Positions 36,249 through 46,599 of a stretch of 51,282 nt of DNA are shown here, in pieces (position 1 is the first letter of the stretch; each line of letters begins with the position of its first letter). This stretch comes from an uncultured Nitrososphaerota archaeon (GTDB lineage Archaea > Asgardarchaeota > Njordarchaeia > Njordarchaeales > Panguiarchaeaceae): positions 1-51,282 of the forward strand of contig CAZWPQ010000014.1 in the NCBI GenBank assembly GCA_964636085.1, read 5' to 3'. Below the pieces are notes generated by a model. That model had not been told where the DNA came from and made no database searches. It saw only the letters and a list, made by a program, of their open reading frames with translations. Made by a program: the position numbers and the translations under genes.

Positions 36249-38678
36249 TCACTCTGCCCTTTTCTTGATTGCCTTTGTAATAATGATAACTACAATTGCC
36301 CCAATAGCTATGCCAATTGGAAGCCAGATGATCATATTTAGGGTCTTTGGTGTTATATCCTCAATTTTGATGCGTATCCATCCTTGGCCATATGCCCTTA
36401 TTATTATGTAGGCACGGCCATTATAATTGCTCTGGATGACAAAAGTCTCATTTGTGGTTGTTGAAGACACATAATACGTCACCCAGCCAAATGCGAGTGA
36501 AGAGGAGTCTGAGTATTCATAATAGGGCAGTGTACCATCCTTAGACACAAACAGGATATATGCTGATACGCCGAGGGTTTTGTTAACTGTTAGTCTATAT
36601 GTTTTTCCTTTGCCAAAATCGTAGGCAAATACCTCTATGTAATCTCCATAGCTAGGGTTCCAAGAGAACTCACTGGTTTTTTCTGGTTCATAATATTCAA
36701 AACTTATCGAGATGGTACCATTGAATTCACGAGTTCCACACCCAACACGTTTAATTATAAGGTATGCTGAAGTATCATAATTCGTTACATACTCAAGCAT
36801 TATTGGGGTATCGTTTTCCTTGTCAAAGTTTAATTCATCACTTGTTATTGCACGCGACCTAATGGTGTTGTAGTCGGAGACCGTCGCTATTGATGCATAT
36901 ATCTCACCTGGATATTCTACACTTGTAGGCTCAATCTTTATGAGATATTTGTTGCCGATGGTTGCATTGAACTTATATATGGCATATATTGCACCTCCAT
37001 ATCTAATCTCTATTGACTTAGTTGTGGCATTGGTTAAATATTCGATGCCTCCGGAATCCTCAATAGAGATTCTCACTACCGCGTCTTCGTTCGAATAGTT
37101 ATATCCGTAGAGTATTGCGAAAAACTTGCTTCTCGGCGTTTCTAGGTCCAAATAATCAACATCGACAAGCTCGCTATCTTCATACTCCATACGGGTCATA
37201 TAGACACGTCTCTTGCCTGAAGAATAGCCACTTATTGTTCCATTGTAAAGACCGTCCTCTAGATAGATCGAGTAGACATCCACAAGTTTGCTTGATTCGT
37301 TGATATGGGTGTCCTCCCATATTGATGCCCAATCCTCATAGCCATATATTTCGAGGTAGACATCCCATTCTACATTGTTTTCTATGGCTAGATCGATTGT
37401 AGATATTTCATCGATCCCTAGGTCCAAAAGCACAATTTCCTTTTCCGAGGGGCTTAGCGTTATTGTTTTTTCTTCGCCAACACTAATCGTTGTGTACGAT
37501 GTTATTTCATTCAGAGTGACATTTATATCGACATCAGCAGAAGCATTCACCTTTCTAATTATGAGATATGTCTCCTTTTCTGTATATATGAGGTCATGGA
37601 AACTGCCATTCTTGTTAATGTAATGCTTGTAGCTATCTACAGTCTCTCCAAGTTCTGGATCATATATCTCATAATATACGCGAGAAACAACCTTTATCTT
37701 GTTGAATGTAAACGACAGGGTAATCTCATCGTTCGTGGCAGATAACCACTGATATACCCAATAATACTTATAAGAGGCCTCATTTACGCCCTTAGGAAGA
37801 TAAATCATGTATACTTCATATATGTATATACCGTCCGATTTTGATGTGTTTGAGAATTTTAGCTTAACATTATATGTACCAGTAGATGGGTTCTCTATTT
37901 TTGTGGCCTCATATCCGCTATATGTGATTGTTGAGACCTTGGTATCATTTACATAAACTTCTATTTTCTCTCCTGGATCCACATCATAGAAGTCTACGAG
38001 GGGATATAGAAATTCATATTCTGTTTCTGTCTTGTAGTTTTTCTGTGTTACAGATAGGTTATATATTCCAGGCTCAAGTTTATAGACAACAGCTTGGTCG
38101 TTGGGATTTAGCTCTATGGCATTCTCCCCCGATATAGAGTCCAGCCCCTCAAAAGACTCTACTTTCTCTAGAGTAAAAGAATATTCAATAAGCAAATTTG
38201 CGGGAGGAAACGATGGTTCGTTAATCCATATTTTTAGGGCTATATTACCAGCCTTCCTCACGTATATATTTTCGGTACCAACCGCCAATGAGCCACAGTC
38301 GAAAAGCCCCCACAATAGAGATTTCAAGTAGGACCAAACAGTCACATTTCTTCCCAACGCGGGAGAATATACATATGCTTGCTCATAGAGATCCACATAG
38401 ATCCACGGGGATAAATCGGTCATACCGTTTCTCAATTCATAAAATATATTGTAGAACCCTGGCTCTACAGCAAATTCTAGCCATGCACTAGTCTGCTCAT
38501 CAGTTAATGTTCCAGAGACCGTCGCCGTTGAGCTGACATATATAGGATTACCTTTGCTCCCTTCCAGGCCTACAGAAACACCCCTCGCTGTGTTATTATC
38601 AACAAAATTCCTAGGCAAGACCGACACAGCAGAGAAGAAGAGACTAAATATTACCAACGCTACCCATGCCCTACTCAT
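36249..38678 (-). CDS. membrane-anchored surface protein with tandem beta-sandwich (PPC-like) domains
   Basis: Signal peptide, a Tyr-rich beta-strand pattern with repeated Y.F....G..Y.I motifs and sequons, and a C-terminal TM followed by KAIKKRAE. Confidence 0.65.
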   Translation of the reverse strand: MSRAWVALVIFSLFFSAVSVLPRNFVDNNTARGVSVGLEGSKGNPIYVSSTATVSGTLTDEQTSAWLEFAVEPGFYNIFYELRNGMTDLSPWIYVDLYEQAYVYSPALGRNVTVWSYLKSLLWGLFDCGSLAVGTENIYVRKAGNIALKIWINEPSFPPANLLIEYSFTLEKVESFEGLDSISGENAIELNPNDQAVVYKLEPGIYNLSVTQKNYKTETEYEFLYPLVDFYDVDPGEKIEVYVNDTKVSTITYSGYEATKIENPSTGTYNVKLKFSNTSKSDGIYIYEVYMIYLPKGVNEASYKYYWVYQWLSATNDEITLSFTFNKIKVVSRVYYEIYDPELGETVDSYKHYINKNGSFHDLIYTEKETYLIIRKVNASADVDINVTLNEITSYTTISVGEEKTITLSPSEKEIVLLDLGIDEISTIDLAIENNVEWDVYLEIYGYEDWASIWEDTHINESSKLVDVYSIYLEDGLYNGTISGYSSGKRRVYMTRMEYEDSELVDVDYLDLETPRSKFFAILYGYNYSNEDAVVRISIEDSGGIEYLTNATTKSIEIRYGGAIYAIYKFNATIGNKYLIKIEPTSVEYPGEIYASIATVSDYNTIRSRAITSDELNFDKENDTPIMLEYVTNYDTSAYLIIKRVGCGTREFNGTISISFEYYEPEKTSEFSWNPSYGDYIEVFAYDFGKGKTYRLTVNKTLGVSAYILFVSKDGTLPYYEYSDSSSLAFGWVTYYVSSTTTNETFVIQSNYNGRAYIIIRAYGQGWIRIKIEDITPKTLNMIIWLPIGIAIGAIVVIIITKAIKKRAE

Positions 38679-38980
38679 AGATCACACCCATGGGTGTTCC
38701 AATAACATATATAGAAATCTTCTTTAAAAAACCTCCTACAGAGAGATTGCTCGAGAATCTACGACTGGGGGTCTTTCATCAAATCCTTAAACATCTATTA
38801 CCCCGTCTATCAGTCCTAGAAAACCCTAGCGACTCCTGATCGTTGCGTATGATGCCTATGCCATAAATGTCTAGATCGGTTTGAAAATTTCATATGATGA
38901 AGCTTATACCCCTAAAACACTGGTCAATAATAGAGATAATTAATAATTGATCCCGTCTATCCAAACTGCAAGCTAATACT

Positions 38981-39466
38981 TTATGTCTTAAGCGTCAACC
39001 TGGTTTTAAGTTCTTTCCATGAGAGTATTAGTGTTCCACTCCATGTTTTGTTTTTTGTGTCGCGTAGGCCCAGTATGTCTGTGTCCTCAGTGAGTAATAT
39101 AGCGTCATAAGACCTAGCTGTCGCGAGAACTATCCTATCGAAATAGTCCATTATTCCAAGATTGGTGTATATCTCTGTCTCATTTAGATCCACATATTCA
39201 TCGAGCAGATCCACAAATCTAAATTTTCCACAATGCTTTATGAATCGTAGCCCCTCATTAAAATCTATTAATGCCTTATCCGAATCCTTTATCCTACCTC
39301 TCCTCAGAAGACCTAATAGAACCCATTTTGATTCCATTATCAATGCCTGATGTACTATCCGCTCAATATTAAACTCCAACAAAAGTTTAAAGTCGCTCTT
39401 ACTAAACTTCTTGGTTACTATGTTGAACGCTGGTAGAATATATATTGTGTCCAGAACAACCTTCAT
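38981..39466 (-). CDS. vapC: PIN-domain ribonuclease toxin (VapC)
   Basis: VVLDT, IMESKW, DYFDRIVLATA and LLTEDTDI, the conserved acidic PIN residues. Confidence 0.85.
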   Translation of the reverse strand: MKVVLDTIYILPAFNIVTKKFSKSDFKLLLEFNIERIVHQALIMESKWVLLGLLRRGRIKDSDKALIDFNEGLRFIKHCGKFRFVDLLDEYVDLNETEIYTNLGIMDYFDRIVLATARSYDAILLTEDTDILGLRDTKNKTWSGTLILSWKELKTRLTLKT

Positions 39467-39712
39467 CTACTCACCAACATACTCCCTCTGGAACTCCTGG
39501 CTTATGACCTCAATCTCTTCAGTATCAACCTCAACCAGGGGTCTCTTTTTCAGAATGTCCTCCAGTTTGGGTATTTTAATTATTTCGATCTTTCCCTTAG
39601 AAATAATGACTAAGAGCTCATCCCTTGGCTTAAGGCCTGAGGCCTCTCTCCCCTTTTTCTCGATATAGATTTCGCCTTTTGTCCCTACATATCCCCTAAC
39701 GACAATATTCAT
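39467..39712 (-). CDS. vapB: AbrB/MazE/SpoVT-family antitoxin (VapB)
   Basis: VGTKGEIYIEKKGREASGLKPRDEL is a swapped-hairpin motif. The gene directly precedes the PIN gene. Confidence 0.85.
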   Translation of the reverse strand: MNIVVRGYVGTKGEIYIEKKGREASGLKPRDELLVIISKGKIEIIKIPKLEDILKKRPLVEVDTEEIEVISQEFQREYVGE

Positions 39713-39853
39713 CCGAAAAACACCACATTTTTCCGATAAAATAAATATAAATCAGATAGGATATAAAAATATCGATTTTAAGGTTGGCAGAAAAAAGCTC
39801 GTTAGAGCTTAATTTAAGACAATAAAAAGGGGAAATATTAAAATTATTAATCC

Positions 39854-41983
39854 CTATTGTCTTGTCTTGAGTTTCTTTAGGTATAGGAACACGACAATAA
39901 TGACAACTATTGCGAGGAGTATCCCCCCGATGAGGAATTTGTTTATTGGTTTTTCTTTGAACACAAGTGGAACCACTCTCCTTATTTTTGTCTCATAGTC
40001 CCCCGCAGACAATTCGAACTGTACGTAATACTCGCCAGCCTTGCTGGACTTAAACATAAGTTTTAGAGTCCATGTTTCGCCTGGTGAAATTACCTCCATC
40101 ATAAATTCTGGTGTTTCGTTAAGGTATTCGAGTTCTGAACTGAGAACAATTACTTGGAGAGTAACATTGGTTATATTCACTGCACCCCTATTCATGATGG
40201 AGATATTAACTGTCATTGGTTCGCCAACATATTCGTAGGATTCAGGAGACGCCTCCATTTCCAGTTTCTTGGCCCCAAACATCCAGAATATCAGGTTCTC
40301 AATAAATACCTTGTTTTCACTAAAGTAATAGTAGTCGCTAAACATGTAGGAGGATCCACTTGCAAAGATTTTTCCAGTACCATTTATGATTAGGACTGCA
40401 GCCATGACTATGTCCGAACCATTCTTTATAGGTTCATCGGTTTCCTCGCCAAGAGTCACATAGGTTTCGTTGTTCCCAAGGATTATTGGATATTTCTCCA
40501 CGGAGAATGACACTGTTGCATTTTTGAGTTCTAATGCTGTTCCAGCAAATCTTACATATTCAATGCCCGTAGTAAGGATTCTAGCTATACTATTATTGGC
40601 AAAGTTCATAGCCTTGACACTCCAAGATGATCCAAAATTGTTTTTTTGATCATAGCAATCTCCATCAATCCAATGAAGACCATAGGGGCCGGTAAGTTCG
40701 TTGTAGCTGTTTGGGTTATCTGGCCAGAAGTATTTGTACCAATTACCCATCAATATCAGGTTGCCACCATTCTCGACAAATTTTTGAAGTGCATTTATTT
40801 CATCATCAGTAAAGACTGGGCCGTTCTCCTCTTCTGGTTCTGGGACCGGAATAACTACTAAGCCAGTTAGTTGTGGTGATAGGACACTAGTCATAAATGT
40901 ATCCCTGTTGATAAGAACTGGTCCGTAATCCCTTAACAGATCTATTAGCCCCTGCATGTATTCGGAGGCGAAGCGGTAATATTGATTATGCCCCTCATCA
41001 AACACAATTATTTTCTTTGTTGTTGCTATAATTATATCCCTAACAATAGTCTCCCCCGGATGACTTACCCTATCCACGCCCCCGATCTCCGCGAATTCAG
41101 CCCTCACATATACAGAGACTTCGTACAATTCTGGAGCACTAATCCATATGGTAATGTTCCGCTCATCACTCACATTTTCTTTATTCCCCAAATATTCAAC
41201 CACATATTGGCCATACTCAGGGACAGCGCTTTGATTTGGAGAAACATCTATGTAAACAGTTATATTGTATATTGTATAGTTTCCCCCGGGGATCGTTGTA
41301 GGTACTATGTTGTTTATCGTGATCCCTATCTCAGTATGATTTCGATTCGTTATATTTAATACCCTATCATAAATAGTGACACCGAACTCAAACGGAATAT
41401 GGGCAACTATGGGTAATTTCCCCCTCACGATCTCCTCGCCACCGAGGAAAACATCGATTGTTATGTTTCTACTTTCCTCAATGCCCATCGCCTCAATTAT
41501 GGCGAACGATATATTTACAGTCTCGTTGGAGGAAATATTCCCTATATAGACAATGCTGGCATATTCGTAGCCGACATCAAAAACGCCAGTAGCGTTCTCC
41601 ACCACAATCTTTTTGTCCTTTACAATTATGTAGTATTGAAGATCCATCTTTATCCCAATAGGGCCTACAGTCACATTTTCATGATTTGTTATGTTGATCG
41701 ACACATTCCTAGCGACACCGGGATACATATTTTGATCATCGATCTCTATATTCATGGATAGATTAACACTCTGGGACATCCAGATTATTGTAGGACTGGG
41801 ACACGATTGACTGTGAACATTGCCGACATAGTTATCTTCTACATACCATACTGGATTCTTTTCCACACCCAAGTCGCCGTTATCTAATCCAACCCCCCTT
41901 TTCGCCCCACAACCATTATATGGTCTCAGGGGAAATGTCGATACTATTAATATTAACAATACAAACAATATCTTTCTCATCAT
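39854..41983 (-). CDS. membrane-anchored surface protein with Ig/CARDB-like domains and a GIFT (GldG/IFT52-like, GATase-fold) domain
   Basis: IVFDEGHNQY, FTDDEINALQKFVENGGNLILMG, GKIFASGSSYMFSD and NKVFIENLIFWM, with a signal peptide and C-terminal TM. Confidence 0.75.
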   Translation of the reverse strand: MMRKILFVLLILIVSTFPLRPYNGCGAKRGVGLDNGDLGVEKNPVWYVEDNYVGNVHSQSCPSPTIIWMSQSVNLSMNIEIDDQNMYPGVARNVSINITNHENVTVGPIGIKMDLQYYIIVKDKKIVVENATGVFDVGYEYASIVYIGNISSNETVNISFAIIEAMGIEESRNITIDVFLGGEEIVRGKLPIVAHIPFEFGVTIYDRVLNITNRNHTEIGITINNIVPTTIPGGNYTIYNITVYIDVSPNQSAVPEYGQYVVEYLGNKENVSDERNITIWISAPELYEVSVYVRAEFAEIGGVDRVSHPGETIVRDIIIATTKKIIVFDEGHNQYYRFASEYMQGLIDLLRDYGPVLINRDTFMTSVLSPQLTGLVVIPVPEPEEENGPVFTDDEINALQKFVENGGNLILMGNWYKYFWPDNPNSYNELTGPYGLHWIDGDCYDQKNNFGSSWSVKAMNFANNSIARILTTGIEYVRFAGTALELKNATVSFSVEKYPIILGNNETYVTLGEETDEPIKNGSDIVMAAVLIINGTGKIFASGSSYMFSDYYYFSENKVFIENLIFWMFGAKKLEMEASPESYEYVGEPMTVNISIMNRGAVNITNVTLQVIVLSSELEYLNETPEFMMEVISPGETWTLKLMFKSSKAGEYYVQFELSAGDYETKIRRVVPLVFKEKPINKFLIGGILLAIVVIIVVFLYLKKLKTRQ

Positions 41984-43233
41984 AACTCACCCTTCCTAAC
42001 ACCTAGCCTCTTCATTATCCCCAACTCCAAGTAGTCGTCAAGTTTCTCTATAAATATGAAGATGGCGATACCCACGAATACCTCCACAAAACCTGCGAAC
42101 AAATATCTAATAAATGCATTTAGCTCCGCTGGAACTTCCCCTGCACCCTTCATAATGGCGCCCCAGTCTGGCAATGCTGTACCTATGATTACTTGTCCAA
42201 ACAGAATTACTTGGAGTGTCGCTATGAGGGAATAAAGTATGGAAACTATGGCGGAAGATTTACCAACAGAATTGAAGTCTATTCTCTCTTCCTTCCTCAG
42301 GAATATTCCCGAGAGGAACCCAGCTATTATCGGGAAAATATCTAGTATACCTATCATCTCTATCGGTTTTGGAGCCACCAGTTGCTTGCCAGATATCCAC
42401 CAGATCATATTGAAAAAGAGTTGCTCATTATCCTCCGCCTTTACATAGGGGGTCGAAGTACCATATATCGTTACGTCACTAAACATTTTAGAGGAGCCAC
42501 AAACAACAATTTTACCACCTGAATGCTCGATGGCCACGAGCCATGGAATCTCTCCAGACATGTGTTTTGTTCCTGTCGTATCCTCTGCATAGGATGTTGA
42601 GGGCGATGTAGCAATAATGATATCGGGATCCATGACTACCAACGATTGAGAATTTATGACTACCTTCTCTATGCTGGCAGATATTATATGGGGATTGAAA
42701 TAGTTCTTATCAACAACCACTTGCCAGGGCCTTCCATAGTTGTTTTCTTCGTCCTTGATTTCATCCCCATTGCTATTTGTTCCCCAGTAGTATACCTTGT
42801 CTTTAATGCCTAGCTCTTCCAGCAAATTATTTAGGTATTCTGGCTTGCCGTAGTGTCTATCATCATACTGTATATCACCCATAATAATAAGGTTGCCTCT
42901 ACTGCTGACGAACTCCTTGAGGAAAGATAATTCATATTTATAGAAGTCCTCCGGGGGGTTTGGGATTACGATTATTGTGTTTTCTGGATCACCAAAATAG
43001 TCTGCAGAGATAGGTTGAGTGGCCTCCCCGAAAAGCTTATACGCAGTATAGTTATCAATCTCAATACCACTATCTTGGAGATCTCCAGATAGAGTTTCAT
43101 ATCTGCTAAGGTTATAGTATTGTCCCTTATCCTCCCTCCAGACTATCTTAATCGATTTTTCCTGTGTCCTTATGGGATGAACATACACAAGAATCCAGAT
43201 TAACATAACAAGAATAAGTACAACCCTACGCAT
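41980..43233 (-). CDS. GIFT (GldG/IFT52-like) domain protein with three C-terminal TM helices
   Basis: WREDKGQYY, YELSFLKEFVSSRGNLIIMGD, GKIVVCGSSKMFSD and DNEQLFFNMIWW. Likely ATG 43233 (ORF track start 43266). Confidence 0.72.
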   Translation of the reverse strand: MRRVVLILVMLIWILVYVHPIRTQEKSIKIVWREDKGQYYNLSRYETLSGDLQDSGIEIDNYTAYKLFGEATQPISADYFGDPENTIIVIPNPPEDFYKYELSFLKEFVSSRGNLIIMGDIQYDDRHYGKPEYLNNLLEELGIKDKVYYWGTNSNGDEIKDEENNYGRPWQVVVDKNYFNPHIISASIEKVVINSQSLVVMDPDIIIATSPSTSYAEDTTGTKHMSGEIPWLVAIEHSGGKIVVCGSSKMFSDVTIYGTSTPYVKAEDNEQLFFNMIWWISGKQLVAPKPIEMIGILDIFPIIAGFLSGIFLRKEERIDFNSVGKSSAIVSILYSLIATLQVILFGQVIIGTALPDWGAIMKGAGEVPAELNAFIRYLFAGFVEVFVGIAIFIFIEKLDDYLELGIMKRLGVRKGEL

Positions 43234-43290
43234 CTTAACCACACCCTTATGCCTAGTCATAGTCACAAAACACCAATTTAATAATTATCG

Positions 43291-44721
43291 TCACGTATTC
43301 CGCGATTTGGATTCACCTAGATCAGCCATGCTCCTCAGAATTCTTCGCAACCTTATCACGTCATATATCGTTATTGATACTAGGATAAGCATTATTGAGA
43401 ACCCCAGGATATATTTTACACATTCAAAATACGCCCTATGGATACTCTTCTTATACTCACTAACTATTGTTCCCTCAAGATCAGTTATACCCTTCACATC
43501 ACGCAGTATATCCTCCATGAATATCCTATATAGTACAACCCCCACAGCCTTTCTTGGTTTTGGTATCCCGAGCGCAAAGGCAACAGTTACGGCTATGTCT
43601 ATTAGCCTCCCCCCTTTTATTGCCGACCCATTCCTTATTGGGCCGCCCCAAGCCCAGAATGGAACATCACACACCATTGAAGGAAATCTATTGAAATGGG
43701 CATATCCAATCGCTCCATGATCAGCGGTAACAATTACGAGAGAATCATCAGCCCAACCTAATGCTGTTATATTCTCTATTAACTCCCCCACGAGATCCCC
43801 CTGCTTCTCTATAGCGTGCCTATATTCATCACTATCTGTAGAGTATTCATGCATTATATCATCACTATCAACAAGATGTATAAAAATGAGAAGACCCCTC
43901 GATTCTATTTCCTCCTTATGTAGGTTGATAAATTCAATTGCCTCATTCATATTCTCTAACGAGGACCCATAACCACCCCTATATGTGTCTGGACCGCCCA
44001 TTATAGCCGCCAGTGTCTGCGGAGCCATGAATAGAGCCGTGACTATTCCATACTCTTCAGCGATCTCAAAAATATCCTCCACCACTGGTTTCCTATACGC
44101 ACGAAAGATAAGATGCCTCCTCTCTTTCTCATATGCAGGATTTAATTCACAACGATGGATCTGCGGCCACGTACCAGTCACTATAGAGATATGATTAGGA
44201 TATGTCACAGTGGGATATGTACAGGAAAATTTTTCTGCCCAAACACCCTCCTCCTTATGTTGGGTTATCCAATGGTCGGAGTTCCAGAATACATCAGCTC
44301 TTGTACCATCAAAGGTTATTATAAATACCTTGTTAACTATGGGTTTACTCCTTTCACCACCTGTTGTTCTTACTGTATAGGCATTAAGATATATTGATGT
44401 AAATAGTAACGGTATGAGCATGGCGACAGCAATATTCTTCTTTTTCATCCCAACGACCTTGATCCTTCTCCGTAGTATAATATCTACAAGTGCAAATAGG
44501 ACTATTACTACCAACAACACGACAAAGAAGTTATCGAATAGCCATATGGAATTATTCCTGTATATCTCCGATAGGTACAGTGACCTCTCCGCACTATCCA
44601 CATCCCCCACAAATACGAACCTTAATGGTATAGTGAACGACATAACAATGAGCGCTATGGAGAAGATGAAGAGCTTGCTCTTGACCAATTCCTTAATATT
44701 GATGTTTATGCTCTTAATCAC
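43291..44721 (-). CDS. membrane-bound alkaline phosphatase superfamily enzyme (phosphodiesterase/phosphoester transferase-like)
   Basis: ITFDGTRAD, PTVTYPNH (Thr nucleophile), HLVDSDDIMH, TADHG and IDIAVTVA, with three N-terminal TMs and one C-terminal TM. Confidence 0.85.
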   Translation of the reverse strand: MIKSININIKELVKSKLFIFSIALIVMSFTIPLRFVFVGDVDSAERSLYLSEIYRNNSIWLFDNFFVVLLVVIVLFALVDIILRRRIKVVGMKKKNIAVAMLIPLLFTSIYLNAYTVRTTGGERSKPIVNKVFIITFDGTRADVFWNSDHWITQHKEEGVWAEKFSCTYPTVTYPNHISIVTGTWPQIHRCELNPAYEKERRHLIFRAYRKPVVEDIFEIAEEYGIVTALFMAPQTLAAIMGGPDTYRGGYGSSLENMNEAIEFINLHKEEIESRGLLIFIHLVDSDDIMHEYSTDSDEYRHAIEKQGDLVGELIENITALGWADDSLVIVTADHGAIGYAHFNRFPSMVCDVPFWAWGGPIRNGSAIKGGRLIDIAVTVAFALGIPKPRKAVGVVLYRIFMEDILRDVKGITDLEGTIVSEYKKSIHRAYFECVKYILGFSIMLILVSITIYDVIRLRRILRSMADLGESKSRNT

Positions 44722-46465
44722 TTTCCCTCCTCCTCATAATATATGGTATTAATATAATCACTATTCCTAGTGCTAAAGAAATGGCTATCGAACCTATTAG
44801 GGGGCCCTTAGGTCGCTCCGCCTTAATCGTTACCACCAACAATTTTCCTGTAGAGCCTCCTAGGAGACGTTCTCCACACATAATATAGGCATATATATGG
44901 TAGTACCCATCCTTGTCTGGCACTATGGATATATTTATTGTGCCCTCTCTATTCATTATGTTCATCATGGTATCATAGAATGACCCGTTCTCATAGAAGA
45001 CCTCGAGTTTTAGTTCCGCGTCTTGTTCATATATACCCAAACTATAGTTGACGCTGATTGTGACATTAGAGTTACTTTCCGCAATGCCTGGATACACGCC
45101 CAATTCGACGTCTGCAAAATTATTATATATGCCTAAATCCACACCCGTAGCGTCCTTTGGCTTTTCCATACCCAAGTACCCCGCGATGGTTGGGGCTATA
45201 TCAGTAATACTAACCGTATAATTGGATATCTCTTTCGAAACATTGAACATGCCGCCCGAGAATATTATCGGGATTTCTAGAGTGTTTATCCCGCCATGTG
45301 TGCCACGGTTTTCATATTTCGAGGCATAATATGGCTCCTTAATACTAATAACTATGTCCCCCACATATGTAGTGTTGAGATTTATTTCATCCAAGGTCTT
45401 ATCGCAACCACTTACAGGCTCCCTGACCCATATAGAATCCACCCAATCTATATTGCTTAGATAATCCACAGCATCCTCAAGATCCTCAAGATGCTTAAGA
45501 TATATATGCACCAGAGTTCCTACAGGCACAACCCTATGCTCAACCGGTAGGCCCTGGATATGTTCCATATCTGAAGTCAAAACATTCAATTCTGGATCGA
45601 CTTGGATCATTGAGTGATCCGACATTAGTATGAATAAAGTTCGCTCCCAAAGATCTGTCTGATTGAGATAATCAATCAAACTACCAATCGTGCCATCAAT
45701 AATACGCAACATATCACTATAGTAGTCGCTTAAAGGCCCATGCGTATGGCCAGAGGCATCAGGCTCAGGGAAATCCAGAACAAATAAACCATTTGCACCC
45801 ATTCTTATACTTGGTAATAATGCATCAACCATATCTATAAAGGATCTAGTCAAATTATATCGCAAATAGTACTCCCTCCAACTGGTAGGGAGCGTCTCCT
45901 CATAAGGATCATATGTAGGCGGGACATACTGCGAACGAGTCAATGTTCCATTGGCCCCACAAAACACTATTACTTTACTCTCAGAATACACCATTCCAGT
46001 CAATACACCCTCCCTGTTAGCAACCTCAACAAGAGTCTCTGCCTTAATCATTTCACTATAGCCTACAGTGCTGGGTTCATAATCAATTGGCGATGCATGA
46101 TAACTCGTTGAGTTTATAGCGTATGTATGAACCACACCGTTTACTTCGGGAGGCGCACCAGTACCTAGAGCAGCCCATGAAGCCGTTGTTGCTGATGGCA
46201 AAATAGTTTTCCCTATGACATACGTACCATGCTTAAGTAGCCTACTTATGTTGCCAAGATCCCCACCTTGGATAAGATTTTCCAATACTGTGTGGTTAAC
46301 CGCATCTAAAACAACCAGTACCGCTATTCTGCCAAGGATCTGAGATTCATTTTGCCTAATTTCGACCAAATCATCCAAATTTTGACCCATACTGCTCGGA
46401 GATAGCACAGTAAATATTATTAGCAGCAAAACACATATGGACAAGACGTACCTCAAGTCATACAC
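44714..46465 (-). CDS. membrane-anchored nucleotide pyrophosphatase/phosphodiesterase (alkaline phosphatase superfamily)
   Basis: VVLDA, PSATTASW, EPDASGHTHGP, MSDHS, GTHGG and DIAPTIA, with a signal peptide, an Ig-like domain and a C-terminal TM. Confidence 0.85.
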   Translation of the reverse strand: MYDLRYVLSICVLLLIIFTVLSPSSMGQNLDDLVEIRQNESQILGRIAVLVVLDAVNHTVLENLIQGGDLGNISRLLKHGTYVIGKTILPSATTASWAALGTGAPPEVNGVVHTYAINSTSYHASPIDYEPSTVGYSEMIKAETLVEVANREGVLTGMVYSESKVIVFCGANGTLTRSQYVPPTYDPYEETLPTSWREYYLRYNLTRSFIDMVDALLPSIRMGANGLFVLDFPEPDASGHTHGPLSDYYSDMLRIIDGTIGSLIDYLNQTDLWERTLFILMSDHSMIQVDPELNVLTSDMEHIQGLPVEHRVVPVGTLVHIYLKHLEDLEDAVDYLSNIDWVDSIWVREPVSGCDKTLDEINLNTTYVGDIVISIKEPYYASKYENRGTHGGINTLEIPIIFSGGMFNVSKEISNYTVSITDIAPTIAGYLGMEKPKDATGVDLGIYNNFADVELGVYPGIAESNSNVTISVNYSLGIYEQDAELKLEVFYENGSFYDTMMNIMNREGTINISIVPDKDGYYHIYAYIMCGERLLGGSTGKLLVVTIKAERPKGPLIGSIAISLALGIVIILIPYIMRRRESD

Positions 46466-46599
46466 CTATTAGCCTATTTTGATAGATTAAAAAAAATTTA
46501 TTGGAGAATGTACTACATTTGTGCCTTTGATGCATGGGGACGCATCAAGAGTAGTAAAAAGGGGAGAATAGTTCTTTGGAAAAACATGTCAGATAATTC

